From contig CAVQFQ010000010.1 of NCBI GenBank assembly GCA_963711835.1, positions 96,001 to 160,000 of the forward strand: a stretch of 64,000 nt of DNA. The letters are read 5' to 3'. Positions within the stretch are counted from its first letter, which is position 1. Each line of letters begins with the position of its first letter. A program made the translations under genes and the position numbers. Source of the DNA: an uncultured delta proteobacterium. GTDB lineage: Bacteria; Desulfobacterota; RBG-13-43-22. The notes beneath the pieces were generated by a model that saw only the letters and a program-made list of their open reading frames with translations, was not told the DNA's origin and did not search any database. Positions 1 through 10,737 of this stretch are shown here, in pieces.

Positions 1-2
1 TC

Positions 3-1892
3 CCTCCCCATAATTTGGGCGAAGTCGTTGACGGCCTCCTGGCTTTAATTCAAAACCCCGACCTTCCTTTTGATCGGTTGCTAAAACTGATCCCGGGCCC
101 GGATTTCCCAACGGCCGGATTCATTTACGGAACCGCCGGGATCCTTCAGGCCTATCAAACCGGCCGGGGCATCATTAAACTGAGGGCCCGGGCCTTGATT
201 GAAAAGAAAAAACCTCAGGGCCGGGAAAGTATTATCGTCACCGAATTGCCCTATCAGGTCAACAAGGCCAAGCTGGTCGAACGGATTGCCGAACTGGTCA
301 AAGAGAAAAGGATCGAAGGCATTCAGGAAATTCGGGACGAATCCGACCGGGAAGGGATGCGCATCGTCCTGGATCTCAAGAAGGACGAGATGGTGGAGGT
401 GATTTTAAATCAACTCTATAAATTCACTTCCATGGAAGCCACCTTCGGGATCATCTTCCTGGCCATTGTCAACCAACGGCCCAAAGTCATGGACCTCAAG
501 ACCATGCTGGTCCATTTTCTGGACTTTCGAAAAGAAATCATCCGCAAACGAACCGTCTTTGAATTAAAGGAAGCCGAAAAGAAGGCCCATCTTTTGGAAG
601 GCTTGAAGAAAGCCATCGATCAACTGGATCTGGTCCTGGCCTTGATCCGCAAGGCCAAAAATCCGGCCGAAGCCAAGGCCGGCCTGCTCGCCAAACTGGC
701 CTTAAGTGAGATCCAGGCCCAGGCCATTTTAGAAATGCGTCTTCAGCGCCTGACCAACCTGGAACGGGAAAAGATCCAGCAGGATTACCAGGAAATAATC
801 AAGACCATTGCCCGGCTGAAGCAGATTCTTTCGAGCGAGGCCCTGATCCTGGAGTTGATTCAAGATGAATTGCGTGAACTGAAAAAACGGTACGGCGATG
901 AAAGAAGAAGCGAGATCATCGAAGATACCACCGAGATCCAGTTGGAAGACCTGATTGTTGAAGAAGATATGGTCGTCACCATTTCCCATGGGGGCTACAT
1001 TAAGCGGAATCCCGTCAGTCTCTACCGGAGTCAGCGACGGGGGGGACGGGGCATAACCGGGATGGAGACCAAGGAGGACGATTTTGTCGAACACCTTTAC
1101 ATCGCCTCCACCCATGATTATTTCCTCTTCTTGACCAATTTGGGACGCCTTTATTGGGTCAAGGTTCACGAAATCCCCCAGGGCGGGCGACTGGCCCGCG
1201 GCAAGGCCCTGGTCAATCTCCTCAATCTTCAAACCCAGGAAAAGGTGGCCACGACCCTGCCGGTCCGGTCCTTTGAGGAAGGCCGGTTTGTGGTCATGGT
1301 CACCCGCAACAGCCTGGTCAAAAAGACCAACCTGATGGCCTTCAGCCGCCCTCGAGCCGGCGGCATTATCGCCACCACCATTCAGGAAGGGGATGAAGTG
1401 ATTGCCGCGGATATCACCAATGGAGAGCAGGATATTTTTATCGGAACCCGGAACGGCCTGTCGATTCGTTTTAAAGAAAAAGAAATTCGAGAGATGGGGC
1501 GTTTGGCCCAGGGGATTAAAGGCATTCGCTTAAGCCCGGGGGATCAGGTGGTGGGTATGGAAGTCCTTTCCCGGGAAGGGACCATCCTGACCGTCACCGA
1601 AAATGGATTTGGAAAGCGCACCCGCACCGAAGAATACCACGAACAGGGCCGGGCCGGCAAAGGCTTGATTACCATCAAGACTACCGAGAAAAACGGGCCG
1701 GTGGTCGGCGTCTTACAGGTTACCGATGAAGACGACCTGATGATCATTGCCGATGGAGGCAAGATCATCCGCCTCCGGGTAAAAGATATTTCCGTTATCG
1801 GGAGAAATACCCAAGGGGTCAGGCTGATTAATCTGGAGGAAAAGGAAAAAGTGGTCAGCGTCGCCCGGTCCGCCAAAAAGGAAGAGGAGTAA
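3..1892 (+). CDS. gyrA: DNA gyrase subunit A, 5'-truncated by window edge
   Basis: PPHNLGE...PGPDFPT, TELPYQVNK, DESDREG motifs; GyrA-box QRRGGRG and C-terminal beta-pinwheel repeats distinguish it from ParC. Confidence 0.97.
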   Translation, partial: PPHNLGEVVDGLLALIQNPDLPFDRLLKLIPGPDFPTAGFIYGTAGILQAYQTGRGIIKLRARALIEKKKPQGRESIIVTELPYQVNKAKLVERIAELVKEKRIEGIQEIRDESDREGMRIVLDLKKDEMVEVILNQLYKFTSMEATFGIIFLAIVNQRPKVMDLKTMLVHFLDFRKEIIRKRTVFELKEAEKKAHLLEGLKKAIDQLDLVLALIRKAKNPAEAKAGLLAKLALSEIQAQAILEMRLQRLTNLEREKIQQDYQEIIKTIARLKQILSSEALILELIQDELRELKKRYGDERRSEIIEDTTEIQLEDLIVEEDMVVTISHGGYIKRNPVSLYRSQRRGGRGITGMETKEDDFVEHLYIASTHDYFLFLTNLGRLYWVKVHEIPQGGRLARGKALVNLLNLQTQEKVATTLPVRSFEEGRFVVMVTRNSLVKKTNLMAFSRPRAGGIIATTIQEGDEVIAADITNGEQDIFIGTRNGLSIRFKEKEIREMGRLAQGIKGIRLSPGDQVVGMEVLSREGTILTVTENGFGKRTRTEEYHEQGRAGKGLITIKTTEKNGPVVGVLQVTDEDDLMIIADGGKIIRLRVKDISVIGRNTQGVRLINLEEKEKVVSVARSAKKEEE

Positions 1893-1894
1893 CG

Positions 1895-2923
1895 GTGTAC
1901 AAGATTAAAAAAAAGGAAACCGTCGGTGTTATCGGGGCCGGAAGCTGGGGAACGACCCTGGCCCGATTGCTGGCCCAAAACGGCGCGACGGTTCATTTAT
2001 GGTGCAATGAACCGGAAACGGCCCGGGACATCGACCGGGAGCGGGAAAACAAAACTTTTTTACCCGGGGTTCAGCTTCCCGCGGGCGTCATCCCCTCTAC
2101 GGAACTGGAAGAAGTAATCAGCCAAAAGGAAATGCTGGTGCTGGTGATCCCTTCGCATTTTTTTCGGGATGTGCTCTCCCGGATGAACCCGTACCTGTCT
2201 CGGATTAAAGAAGGCTGCCTCTGGATTTCGGCCACCAAAGGGATTGAGAATGACAGCCTCCTGACCATGACCGGGATTATGCGGGAGGTGCTGGGTCCCG
2301 AATGGCAGCCCGGCCTCGGATGCCTGTCAGGCCCCAGTTTTGCACAGGAGGTCTCCCGGGAACTGCCCACGGCGGTGACCCTCTCCTGCTTTCAGGATCG
2401 GACGGCCCAAAAAGCCCAACGCCTTTTTTCAAACCATTATTTCCGCGTTTATACCAATAGCGATGTGCTGGGCGTGGAAATGGGCGGGGCCTTAAAGAAT
2501 GTGATCGCCCTGGCGGCCGGGACTTCCGACGGCTTAGGCCTGGGACATAATACCCGGGCGGCCTTAATCACCAGGGGCTTGGCGGAAATCAGCCGCTTGG
2601 GGGAGAAAATGGGCGCCCAGCGGGCCACCTTTTTCGGCTTGGCCGGTATAGGCGATCTGGTGTTAACCTGCACCGGCGATCTCAGCCGGAACCGATCGGT
2701 GGGACTCCGGCTGGGCCAAGGAGAAAAATTACCCGCCATTCTTTCCTCCATGCACACGGTGGCCGAGGGGATTAAGACCACCCGCTCGGCCTATCAACTC
2801 GCCTTGCGGGAACGGATTGAAATGCCCATCGTGACCCAGATCTACGGCCTGCTCTATGAGGATCGGGACCCGCGCCGATCGGTCCATGATCTGATGACCC
2901 GGGACTTAAAAGCCGAAGAATAG
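1895..2923 (+). CDS. gpsA: NAD(P)H-dependent glycerol-3-phosphate dehydrogenase
   Basis: GAGSWG Rossmann motif, TKGIE, LSGPSFA, GGALKNVIA, GIGDLVLTC, SRN motifs. Confidence 0.95.
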   Translation: MYKIKKKETVGVIGAGSWGTTLARLLAQNGATVHLWCNEPETARDIDRERENKTFLPGVQLPAGVIPSTELEEVISQKEMLVLVIPSHFFRDVLSRMNPYLSRIKEGCLWISATKGIENDSLLTMTGIMREVLGPEWQPGLGCLSGPSFAQEVSRELPTAVTLSCFQDRTAQKAQRLFSNHYFRVYTNSDVLGVEMGGALKNVIALAAGTSDGLGLGHNTRAALITRGLAEISRLGEKMGAQRATFFGLAGIGDLVLTCTGDLSRNRSVGLRLGQGEKLPAILSSMHTVAEGIKTTRSAYQLALRERIEMPIVTQIYGLLYEDRDPRRSVHDLMTRDLKAEE

Positions 2924-2962
2924 AAAACCCCGGACACCCAAAAAAGGTCTAAAATAAAAAGG

Positions 2963-2991
2963 TTGACAAAAATTTATTTTTAGGCTAACTT
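2963..2991 (+). promoter_or_regulatory. putative sigma70 promoter of NlpC/P60 gene
   Basis: TTGACA-17bp-TAACTT in AT-rich intergenic region. Confidence 0.5.
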
Positions 2992-3045
2992 CTAATTTCC
3001 TTTTCCCTGGGAGTCAAATTTTCTGCCGGAAAGGAAATCAGACCT

Positions 3046-3909
3046 GTGATAATAAAAAGATTTTCTCTGTTTATTACCATAGCACTTTTATTCGTTTTTC
3101 CGATGCAGCTCTTAGCGCTTCCCGCCAAGAACAGCGTCAAAAAAAATGCTTCCAGCCATTCTAAAAAAACCGTTCAAAAAAAATCCCCCGGCGCCAAAAA
3201 AATAACGGCTGAAAAAAAATCCCGGAAGTCGGTCAAGGCCAACAAAAGACGCTCCAAGCAGGTGGCCCGCGAGCACAGCCTGGTCCCGAAAGATGCCCCG
3301 CCGCTGATGAAGGTGACGCCCCTGGAAAATGGAAAGTTTCTACTGGAGCCCATGGATTCTTCCTTGAATAAGGAGACCGCAGAAGAATCGCTAAGTTTAA
3401 TTAAGAAACCGGTATTTGATAATGAATTAAATAGGGATCGGAGCCCGGAAGAGAAAATAGACGGCTTACTCGGTTTTCCCCAATTGCTGGTCCAGGTATC
3501 CAAACAATTATTGGGCAAGGCCTACCGCCTGGGTGGAAACGGCCAGGGCACCGACGGCATTGATTGTTCCGGGTATATGAAAAAGATTTATCAGGCCTTT
3601 ACGCTCTCCCTGCCCCATTCCAGCCGGGAGCAGGCCAAATTGGGTTCCCTGGTAACCACCGATTTGGATTTGAGCCGCCTGCGGATCGGAGACTTGCTTT
3701 TTTTTAAACGAGGCCGCGGTTCTCAGATAGGCCACACCGGCATGTATATCGGCGAGGGCCAGATGATCCATTCCTCCAGCAAAAAAGGGGTCATCATCAC
3801 CAACCTGGATAACTCGGACTACTACAACCGGAATTTCGTCATGGCCAAACGCTTCTTTATCCTCGATCGACCCGATGTCGACGAATTCAAGGAATTTAAA
3901 CAGCCCTAA
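3046..3909 (+). CDS. secreted NlpC/P60 (C40) cell-wall peptidase with Lys-rich N-terminal region
   Basis: signal peptide; GKAYRLGG, GIDCSG, GDLLFF, GHTGMYIG, MIHSSS catalytic Cys/His motifs. Confidence 0.9.
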   Translation: MIIKRFSLFITIALLFVFPMQLLALPAKNSVKKNASSHSKKTVQKKSPGAKKITAEKKSRKSVKANKRRSKQVAREHSLVPKDAPPLMKVTPLENGKFLLEPMDSSLNKETAEESLSLIKKPVFDNELNRDRSPEEKIDGLLGFPQLLVQVSKQLLGKAYRLGGNGQGTDGIDCSGYMKKIYQAFTLSLPHSSREQAKLGSLVTTDLDLSRLRIGDLLFFKRGRGSQIGHTGMYIGEGQMIHSSSKKGVIITNLDNSDYYNRNFVMAKRFFILDRPDVDEFKEFKQP

Positions 3910-3941
3910 CCCCACCTTCATTTTTTTCCAACTCGTCATCA

Positions 3942-4985
3942 CTAAGTTAAAGATAATCCGTTTTGGAGACAGGCCCGGGCTTCTTCGATAAGCAGTCTCC
4001 GGTAAGGAAGGTCGAGGTAGTCGTTGCGGGCGATGCGCAGCTCGGTCAGGGCCATATAGTAGGGATTCAGCAGGCAGAGGCGGCGAAAGGCGGACTCGGG
4101 TTTGGGAAAATGCGAGGCATAACTCGAAATAAAATCATGAATGAAGGACTCTGACCCCTGATAATCCCGGAGCCGCCAGAGGAAGGCGTGCTTGATTTCA
4201 CCACAGACCATCCCGACATCCCACAAGCGATCGGCCATTCTCATTCTTTCCAGGTCGATGGCTACGATTTCCTGCTCCGAAGAAAAAATAAAATTGGTCG
4301 GCGTGGCATCGCCATGAATCAAGACCGGCCGGTCGGCGATTTCCCGGAAACGGTTTCTCCAGTCTTTTATTGTTTCTTCGAAAAAACACCTCTCCAAATC
4401 CCGCAACAATCCCTTTCGGACTAATTGGTCAAGAACCTTGGCCAGATACTGTTCGGCCGGCTGATGGGTCCGAAATTGGAGGCCAATCGTTTTCTGATGC
4501 AGATGAGCCAGAAAAGAAGCCAGTTGACGGAGACGACAGACCAAGGCCTCAGGCTGATTTTCCCAAATGGCTTTCTGGAAAAAGTAATCCAGATTCTTTC
4601 CCGGTTCGGAAGCCACCACCAGGTTCAACCCGATCCGCGCTTCCTTTCCCAGGGGACGGGCTACACGATAAGGCGGTCGATCAAAGCCCAAACGGCGAAG
4701 GAAGACCAGGTTTTCAAATTCTCCGACTAAGGGAGTGGCGCCCTGGGGCAGTCGGGGATCATGGGCATCGGCAAATTTAGCAATCACCCTTAGGCGGGAA
4801 TGCTTTTCCTGGCAGCAAAAGACCCGATGAGAAGCCGAAAGAGGCCTCATCAAAAATTGGAGGTTGGTTTCCCTTAGCCCCAATTTTGGAAAAATTTCTC
4901 TGGCCAAGAAGGGCAGGAGAGAGGCTGGAACCGGTTGGATGATAGGAGAGGGCATGATTAAAGCCGTTATGGGCTGAAGCTTCAT
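3942..4985 (-). CDS. aminoglycoside phosphotransferase/choline kinase-like protein
   Basis: Brenner motif IHGDATPTNF and IDLE (DFG-equivalent). Confidence 0.8.
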   Translation of the reverse strand: MKLQPITALIMPSPIIQPVPASLLPFLAREIFPKLGLRETNLQFLMRPLSASHRVFCCQEKHSRLRVIAKFADAHDPRLPQGATPLVGEFENLVFLRRLGFDRPPYRVARPLGKEARIGLNLVVASEPGKNLDYFFQKAIWENQPEALVCRLRQLASFLAHLHQKTIGLQFRTHQPAEQYLAKVLDQLVRKGLLRDLERCFFEETIKDWRNRFREIADRPVLIHGDATPTNFIFSSEQEIVAIDLERMRMADRLWDVGMVCGEIKHAFLWRLRDYQGSESFIHDFISSYASHFPKPESAFRRLCLLNPYYMALTELRIARNDYLDLPYRRLLIEEARACLQNGLSLT

Positions 4986-5018
4986 TATGAGATGGCCCAG
5001 AGACGGTAAAAGATGACG

Positions 5019-5100
5019 AGGAAACGCGGCGAAACGATGAATCGGAAGATCAAGATGGGCTGATCTTACCGTTTCCCCGGATCCCCGCGTCTCCTCGTTC
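5019..5100. repeat. short-unit imperfect inverted repeat between kinase and thiolase genes
   Basis: gacgaggaaacgcggcgaaacg... mirrored by ...ccgtttccccggatccccgcgtctcctcg. Confidence 0.4.
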
Positions 5101-5124
5101 GGTTTGTTTCAGGGCCCCTGTCTG

Positions 5125-6327
5125 TTAATCCCGTTCGATAATGGTGGTCATGCCCATGCCCCCGCCGACACACAGGGTGGCCAATCCCAACGACAGGTTC
5201 CGGCGTCTCATTTCATAAAGAAGGGAAATGATGATGCGGACTCCGGTGGCGCCGACCGGATGGCCGAGGCCGACACCGCTGCCGTTGACATTGGTGATGT
5301 CTCGATTCAGGCCCAGCCCCTGTTCACAGGCCAGATATTGGGCGGCAAAGGCCTCGTTGACTTCGATCAATTGGATATCCTTCAAGGTCAGGCCGGCCTT
5401 CTTAAGGCATTTTTCAGTGGCCGGCACCGGGCCGTAGCCCATGTACTTGGGATCCACACCGGCGACGGCCTGGGCCACGATCCTGGCCAGGGGCGTCAGG
5501 CCCAATTCCTGTGCCCTGGCCCGGGTCATAACGATGACGGCGGCCGCCCCATCGTTTAAACCCGAAGAATTGCCGGCCGTTACCGTGCCGTCTTTTTTAA
5601 AAGCCGGCGGCAATTTGGACAGATCGGCCATGGTCAACCCATAGCGGACATGCTCATCGGTCTCCACCATCCGGGGATCCCCTTTTTTCTGCGGAACGGC
5701 TACGGCCACGATCTCTTCTTTGAATCTGCCGGCCTTGATGGCGGCCTCGGCATTATGGTGGCTCCGCAAGGCGATAATATCCTGTTCTTCACGGGAGATC
5801 TGGTATTTTTCGGCCAGGTTCTCCGCGGTCTGGCCCATGATGTAGCCTTTTTTCTCCAGAAGGTTGCTCCCGGAATGAAGCATCTCCCACATGGCATCGG
5901 TCATCTGGCCGTGGGTCAATCGCTGTCCCCAGCGGGCCGTCATAAGGACATAAGGGGCCGAGCTCATGGATTCAACCCCGCCGGCTAACACGATTTGAGA
6001 GTCACCGGCCTTGATCTGCTGAACCGCAAAGGCCAGGGCCTGCATGGCGGAAGAACATTGGCGCTGAATGGTAACGGCCGGGACTTCGACCGGGATACCG
6101 GCTTTCAGGGCGGCGGTTCGGGCCGTATTGGCTTCGTCCGGGCACTGGACGCAATCGCCGAGGATGACATCATCCAACTGCTCTCCCGAGATACCGGCTC
6201 GTTTAAGGACCTCCACGATTACGGTTGCGGCCAACTGATGGGCCCGCATACTTTTGAGCGCTTCTCCGAACCGGCCGATAGGGGTCCGGGCCGCGGCCAC
6301 CATGACAACATCGTTTGGACTTTTCAA
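5125..6327 (-). CDS. acetyl-CoA C-acyltransferase (thiolase)
   Basis: RTPIG, QCSSAM (catalytic Cys), NEAFA, GHPVGATG, CVGGG motifs; strong RBS upstream of TTG start. Confidence 0.95.
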   Translation of the reverse strand: MKSPNDVVMVAAARTPIGRFGEALKSMRAHQLAATVIVEVLKRAGISGEQLDDVILGDCVQCPDEANTARTAALKAGIPVEVPAVTIQRQCSSAMQALAFAVQQIKAGDSQIVLAGGVESMSSAPYVLMTARWGQRLTHGQMTDAMWEMLHSGSNLLEKKGYIMGQTAENLAEKYQISREEQDIIALRSHHNAEAAIKAGRFKEEIVAVAVPQKKGDPRMVETDEHVRYGLTMADLSKLPPAFKKDGTVTAGNSSGLNDGAAAVIVMTRARAQELGLTPLARIVAQAVAGVDPKYMGYGPVPATEKCLKKAGLTLKDIQLIEVNEAFAAQYLACEQGLGLNRDITNVNGSGVGLGHPVGATGVRIIISLLYEMRRRNLSLGLATLCVGGGMGMTTIIERD

Positions 6328-6369
6328 AATGCTTCCTCCTCTTCTTTCGCTATCAGGTTTTGAATAGCT

Positions 6370-6398
6370 ATAATAATCCTAACGAGGTGAAAAGTCAA
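6370..6398 (-). promoter_or_regulatory. putative sigma70 promoter of thiolase
   Basis: minus strand TTGACT-17bp-TATTAT. Confidence 0.55.
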
Positions 6399-6491
6399 CT
6401 CTTTTAGTTATTACTTGTATCTGAAACCAAAGGTGATTTACAATACGATCCGCAGAAGGAGAAATCCTTTTCAGCCGAAAGGAGGAGGATC

Positions 6492-7916
6492 ATGACTGTT
6501 CAAGATTGGGAAAAGAGGCTGCCGTTTTTAAAAGGATTGGTTCACATAAATCCAAGCGGAGAAGTTCTTGTTCAAGATCAAAAGGGATTGCAGGGGGAAG
6601 GGATTGATAAGATAGTTCACCAGGCGGTCTTTGGAGAGGAGCGGGACAAGGCCCTGGCCTGCTGGCTGATCTGGGAGCTGGGCCAGGCCCTGGGCCTTTA
6701 TCCGGCTTCCATTCATGAGCTTTATGTAGCTAAAGGACGCGGTGAAATCAAGCGGGCCTTTACCGTACCGGCCATCAATCTGCGGGCCCTGACTTTTGAC
6801 AGCGCCCGGGCCGCTTTCAAGGCCGCCGGGGAAAGAAAGGTGGGAGCGGTTATTTTTGAAATTGCCCGTTCCGAGATGGGCTATACGCATCAGCGGCCCG
6901 TAGAATACTTTTCGGCGGTTATGGCCGCAGCGATTAAGGAAGGGTTCCGAGGGCCCCTTTTTGTGCAGGGTGATCATTATCAGGTGAGCGGGAAAAAATA
7001 CCAGGAGAAGCCCGAGGAGGAAATCAAGGCCATTGAAGCGCTCATTCTGGAGTCCATTCAGGCCGGATTTTACAACATCGATATCGACACCTCCACCCTG
7101 GTGGATCTGAATCAAACCAGCGTAGCGGAACAACAGCGCGTCAATTACGAACGGTGTGCCCAATTCACGGCCTTTATTCGAAACCATCAGCCGCCGGGGA
7201 TGACCATCTCCGTGGGAGGGGAGATCGGCGAGGTGGGCGGAAAAAACAGCGACGAAACGGAGATGCGGGCCTATATGGACGGGTTTACCCGATCCTTGCC
7301 GGCCGGCATGCCCGGCCTTTCCAAGATCAGCATCCAGACCGGCACCAGCCACGGCGGCGTGGTTTTACCGGATGGGACGCTGGCTCAGGTGGCCATCGAT
7401 TTCAACGTCCTGAAGGAGCTCTCCTTAATAGCCCGAAAAAGTTACGGCCTGGGGGGAACGGTTCAGCATGGCGCCTCCACCCTGCCCGATGAGGCCTTCC
7501 ATCAATTCGTAACGCACGAGGCCATTGAAGTGCATCTGGCCACCGGCTTTCAAAACATCATTTATGATCATGAAAAATTTCCCAAGACCTTGAAGCAAGG
7601 CATGTACGACTATCTGAAGACCGAGCAGGCCAAGGAATGGAAATCCGGAAAGACCGAAGAGCAATTTCTCTACAGCATCCGGAAAAAAGGACTGGGACCA
7701 TTTAAAGCGGATCTCTGGGGCTTGCCGGAAGAGGTGCGGGCCGCCATCCGAAAAACCTTAGAGGAGAAATTCGGCTTTCTGTTCGACCAGCTCCAGGCCG
7801 GTGACACCCAGGATCTGGTGCGGCGGCATGTGCCCCCGGTGAAAATTAAAAAAAACCTGGCCGACTTCGGCCTTGGAAAAACCAAGGAGGAGGACGTCTC
7901 GGATCTATCGGATTAG
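6492..7916 (+). CDS. class II fructose-bisphosphate aldolase family protein (long type)
   Basis: VPAIN, QGDH, GEIGEVGG, GTSHGG, QHGAST metal-binding motifs. Confidence 0.85.
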   Translation: MTVQDWEKRLPFLKGLVHINPSGEVLVQDQKGLQGEGIDKIVHQAVFGEERDKALACWLIWELGQALGLYPASIHELYVAKGRGEIKRAFTVPAINLRALTFDSARAAFKAAGERKVGAVIFEIARSEMGYTHQRPVEYFSAVMAAAIKEGFRGPLFVQGDHYQVSGKKYQEKPEEEIKAIEALILESIQAGFYNIDIDTSTLVDLNQTSVAEQQRVNYERCAQFTAFIRNHQPPGMTISVGGEIGEVGGKNSDETEMRAYMDGFTRSLPAGMPGLSKISIQTGTSHGGVVLPDGTLAQVAIDFNVLKELSLIARKSYGLGGTVQHGASTLPDEAFHQFVTHEAIEVHLATGFQNIIYDHEKFPKTLKQGMYDYLKTEQAKEWKSGKTEEQFLYSIRKKGLGPFKADLWGLPEEVRAAIRKTLEEKFGFLFDQLQAGDTQDLVRRHVPPVKIKKNLADFGLGKTKEEDVSDLSD

Positions 7917-7926
7917 TATGGCTCTG

Positions 7927-8198
7927 TCAGGGTTCAGCGGCCAGCTTCCGGAAGCCGGGGATGCAATCGTCATCGGCCAGGGAGTTCTGAAGGGGAGAAA
8001 TCCGTCCGGAAGCCTGCACATAGGCAATGCCGGTAATCACCAGACCGACGCCGCCGCGGGCCAGCTCTTCCACCATCTGGATTTGTTTCGAGGAGACCTG
8101 CCCGTTTCTTCCGCCAGGCCGTCATAGGTGGCGGATCTGACAAAACGGTTTCGCAGGGCCAGGTTCTTTATTGAAATCGGATCAAATAAGGTGCTCAT
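7927..8198 (-). pseudogene. truncated NADH:flavin oxidoreductase (Old Yellow Enzyme family) N-terminal fragment
   Basis: MSTLFDPISIKNLALRNRFVRSATYDGLA then a 1-base frameshift into ELARGGVGLVITGIAYV...DDCIPGFRKLA*; only ~90 codons remain. Confidence 0.8.
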
Positions 8199-8213
8199 AA
8201 AAAATGCCTTTCT

Positions 8214-9536
8214 TTAACGTGCCTTTTTAAGGGCCTTTAAGAAAGGATGGAGCAAATAGGTATTGGCCCCGGCCCGACCGATGACCAGGGCTAAAGCGGC
8301 GGCAACAACACCAACGGTGTCAAAATAGCTGATGGCCATAAATAGGGTCATGACGATAAGCATTAGCTCCAACCCGGTAGCCCAGGTAATAGGTCGGGTT
8401 TGTCGGGCATTGACCAAGACCGATCGTTGAAAGGTGAGGAAAACCCAAATGGCCGGGAGGGGGGTTAAGATCTTCAAGGGAAGAAGGGCGAAACGAGTCA
8501 GTTCCAGCGATAACCCGGATACCTTATGAAACCATAAATAGGACAAGGGAGTAAAACTGATCAAACCCAGAATCCCCACCGTTATAGCACCCAATCCGAA
8601 GGCAAAATTCCGCAAGGCTTTAAAGTTGCGCTGCTGCTCACCCAATAAAGCGATACTCCCTTCGTGGTAAGAGAGGCCGAAACTCATAAAAATAAAGACC
8701 AGTCCAAAGATCACCGGAAGCACGGCCAGGGATTCGATGGCCATCCGGCCGTGGGCCACAAAAAAGGTCACCAAGGGTTGGGTCCCCAAGGCCAGAAAAG
8801 AGGTCATGGCTAAGGGAAGATAAAAATTGATAATGGCCCGATAGGTTAGCGGGGACTCCCGGCTCTCTTTTCCTGATGATTCCGACAACAGTTTATTAAC
8901 GATATTCCGGGCCATCCAGCGGCTGGCCAGGGCTTCCACTATGACGCTTATAGATAAGGCCAGGGCGCCGATAAAGGACCCTTCCAGCGGAAGAAAGAGG
9001 TAGAGCAGGATGCTGGTCAGGATAATGGTGATCAATCGTATGGCAGTTCCAAAGGCCACAAACCGGGTACGGTTGTTTCGAATCAAGACGCCCTGATAGA
9101 AACGGCGGTAACCAATGGCCCAGGGCATCGGTAGAAACAGCAAAGCGGCTTTATGGGTGAGGTGGGTAATATTTTGCGGAAGACCAAGGACCTTTTCGGC
9201 AAGAAAATAGAAAATCGAAGGGAGGAGCATGATGACCATCAGGGAGCTCAAAAGGCCGCTTAGGGCCAGCGTGAACCGATGCAATTTTATAAAAGAATCA
9301 CGGTCCCGGACCAGGGTGGTTGAGGCACTTATAATCATAAGAATAGGGGCCTCAATGAATAGAGTTAATGAAAAGGCCACGCCATAAGCAGCCAGATTGA
9401 ACTTCGGCTCCGCCAGGCGGGCGATAATGGCGCTGAGCAAAGGCCCTTCCAGGGCCATCATCAGCCAGGTGGCTTCCAGGGGAAGCCAGAAGGACAGGAT
9501 TTGATCCCAGGTCAGCTTCGATTTACTTTGATCCAT
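8214..9536 (-). CDS. MATE/MOP-superfamily multi-pass membrane transporter (ANKH-like)
   Basis: ~12 hydrophobic segments in two repeats (FWLPL..., FYLPLA...), NLAAYGVAFS motif. Confidence 0.65.
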   Translation of the reverse strand: MDQSKSKLTWDQILSFWLPLEATWLMMALEGPLLSAIIARLAEPKFNLAAYGVAFSLTLFIEAPILMIISASTTLVRDRDSFIKLHRFTLALSGLLSSLMVIMLLPSIFYFLAEKVLGLPQNITHLTHKAALLFLPMPWAIGYRRFYQGVLIRNNRTRFVAFGTAIRLITIILTSILLYLFLPLEGSFIGALALSISVIVEALASRWMARNIVNKLLSESSGKESRESPLTYRAIINFYLPLAMTSFLALGTQPLVTFFVAHGRMAIESLAVLPVIFGLVFIFMSFGLSYHEGSIALLGEQQRNFKALRNFAFGLGAITVGILGLISFTPLSYLWFHKVSGLSLELTRFALLPLKILTPLPAIWVFLTFQRSVLVNARQTRPITWATGLELMLIVMTLFMAISYFDTVGVVAAALALVIGRAGANTYLLHPFLKALKKAR

Positions 9537-9602
9537 GAAGAAAAAGGGATCCTCTGTGGTTCAGTTGATTTCAGAAATGCACGGCAGGCAACGGGATGTG
9601 AT

Positions 9603-10736
9603 TCAGGGGGTTCGTTTCCTGTCCGTCTCTTCCAGCAACCGGTTAATAAATACAGTGGTATTGTAAATTTCAAAGTTCTGCTTGCGAAATTTGGAATACC
9701 GGGATTTGGCGTTGGAAAGATTATGGACACAGGAATTGCATTCCGTGAGGATCACCTCGGCGCCTGTTTCGACCGCTTCCTCTAATCGGCGCCGGGCCAT
9801 GACGATCGAATTGGAGGGGAAAGCACCCCGGACTCCTCCGCCGGCCCCGCAGCAAAGGGCCTCCGCCCGATTGTGCCGCATCTCCATAAAATGGGGGGCG
9901 ATTTTTCGGATGGTCTGCCGAGGTTCTTCATAAATTCCCGAATGTCTTCCCAGATCGCACGGGTCGTGGTAGGTGACTTTTTTCTCCGTTCTCACCCCCA
10001 GGTCGAAATCCTTGAGGAACTGACTGATATGGATCACCCGGACCCCCTGATCCTGTAAGGGGGCGTATTGGGGTTTCGAGGTGAAAGTCCGGAAACAATA
10101 AGGGCACCCGGTGATGACGGTCTTGGCCCCCTGACGGAGAATGGCCTCCAGGTTACCCTGGACCAGCCCCTGGTTCATGGAATAGCCCACATCTTCCAAG
10201 ATCCCGCTGCAGCAGACCTCGTCGATCAGGGTATAGTCTGCCTGCAGCCGGTCGAGCAGGTTCAACGTTTCCAGGGTGGATTCCATTTCCCGATAGGAAC
10301 CCACGCAGCCGATAAAATAGATTAGTTCGGCCTTCCGGTTTCTTTCCCGCTTCAAGTCCGCCGGCTGTTCTTCTCCATAGATGTTGGTGAACTTCTGCAG
10401 CACCTCGTTCATGCCTTTGAAGGCCGGGTGGCAGGAGCCGATATGGACCATCTCTTTTCTAACCGCCTTGATGATCTCCGGGACCTTTACCCCGGATGGG
10501 CAGCTCTGGGTGCAACTGGCGCAGGTGGTACACTGGAAGAGGGTTTCAATGAGTTCGTCGCCGAGGTCCAGCCGGCCGTCCATGACTTCTTTCAGGAGGA
10601 GCATCTTTCCCCTGGCGTTGAGGGCCGGCCGCAGAGTGGCTCCGAAAGCGGGGCAGACGGCCTGGCAATAGCCGCAGCGGGAGCATTTCAGGATCTGTTC
10701 CCGGTACGTTCTGGCAAAATCATACTTGGCTTCCAT
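9603..10736 (-). CDS. GlcF/HdrD-like (Fe-S)-binding protein with two CCG domains
   Basis: two CxxCxxCxxxCP motifs, CCSG, GCPYC, YHDPCDLGR, CCGAGGG. Confidence 0.9.
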   Translation of the reverse strand: MEAKYDFARTYREQILKCSRCGYCQAVCPAFGATLRPALNARGKMLLLKEVMDGRLDLGDELIETLFQCTTCASCTQSCPSGVKVPEIIKAVRKEMVHIGSCHPAFKGMNEVLQKFTNIYGEEQPADLKRERNRKAELIYFIGCVGSYREMESTLETLNLLDRLQADYTLIDEVCCSGILEDVGYSMNQGLVQGNLEAILRQGAKTVITGCPYCFRTFTSKPQYAPLQDQGVRVIHISQFLKDFDLGVRTEKKVTYHDPCDLGRHSGIYEEPRQTIRKIAPHFMEMRHNRAEALCCGAGGGVRGAFPSNSIVMARRRLEEAVETGAEVILTECNSCVHNLSNAKSRYSKFRKQNFEIYNTTVFINRLLEETDRKRTP

Positions 10737-10737
10737 A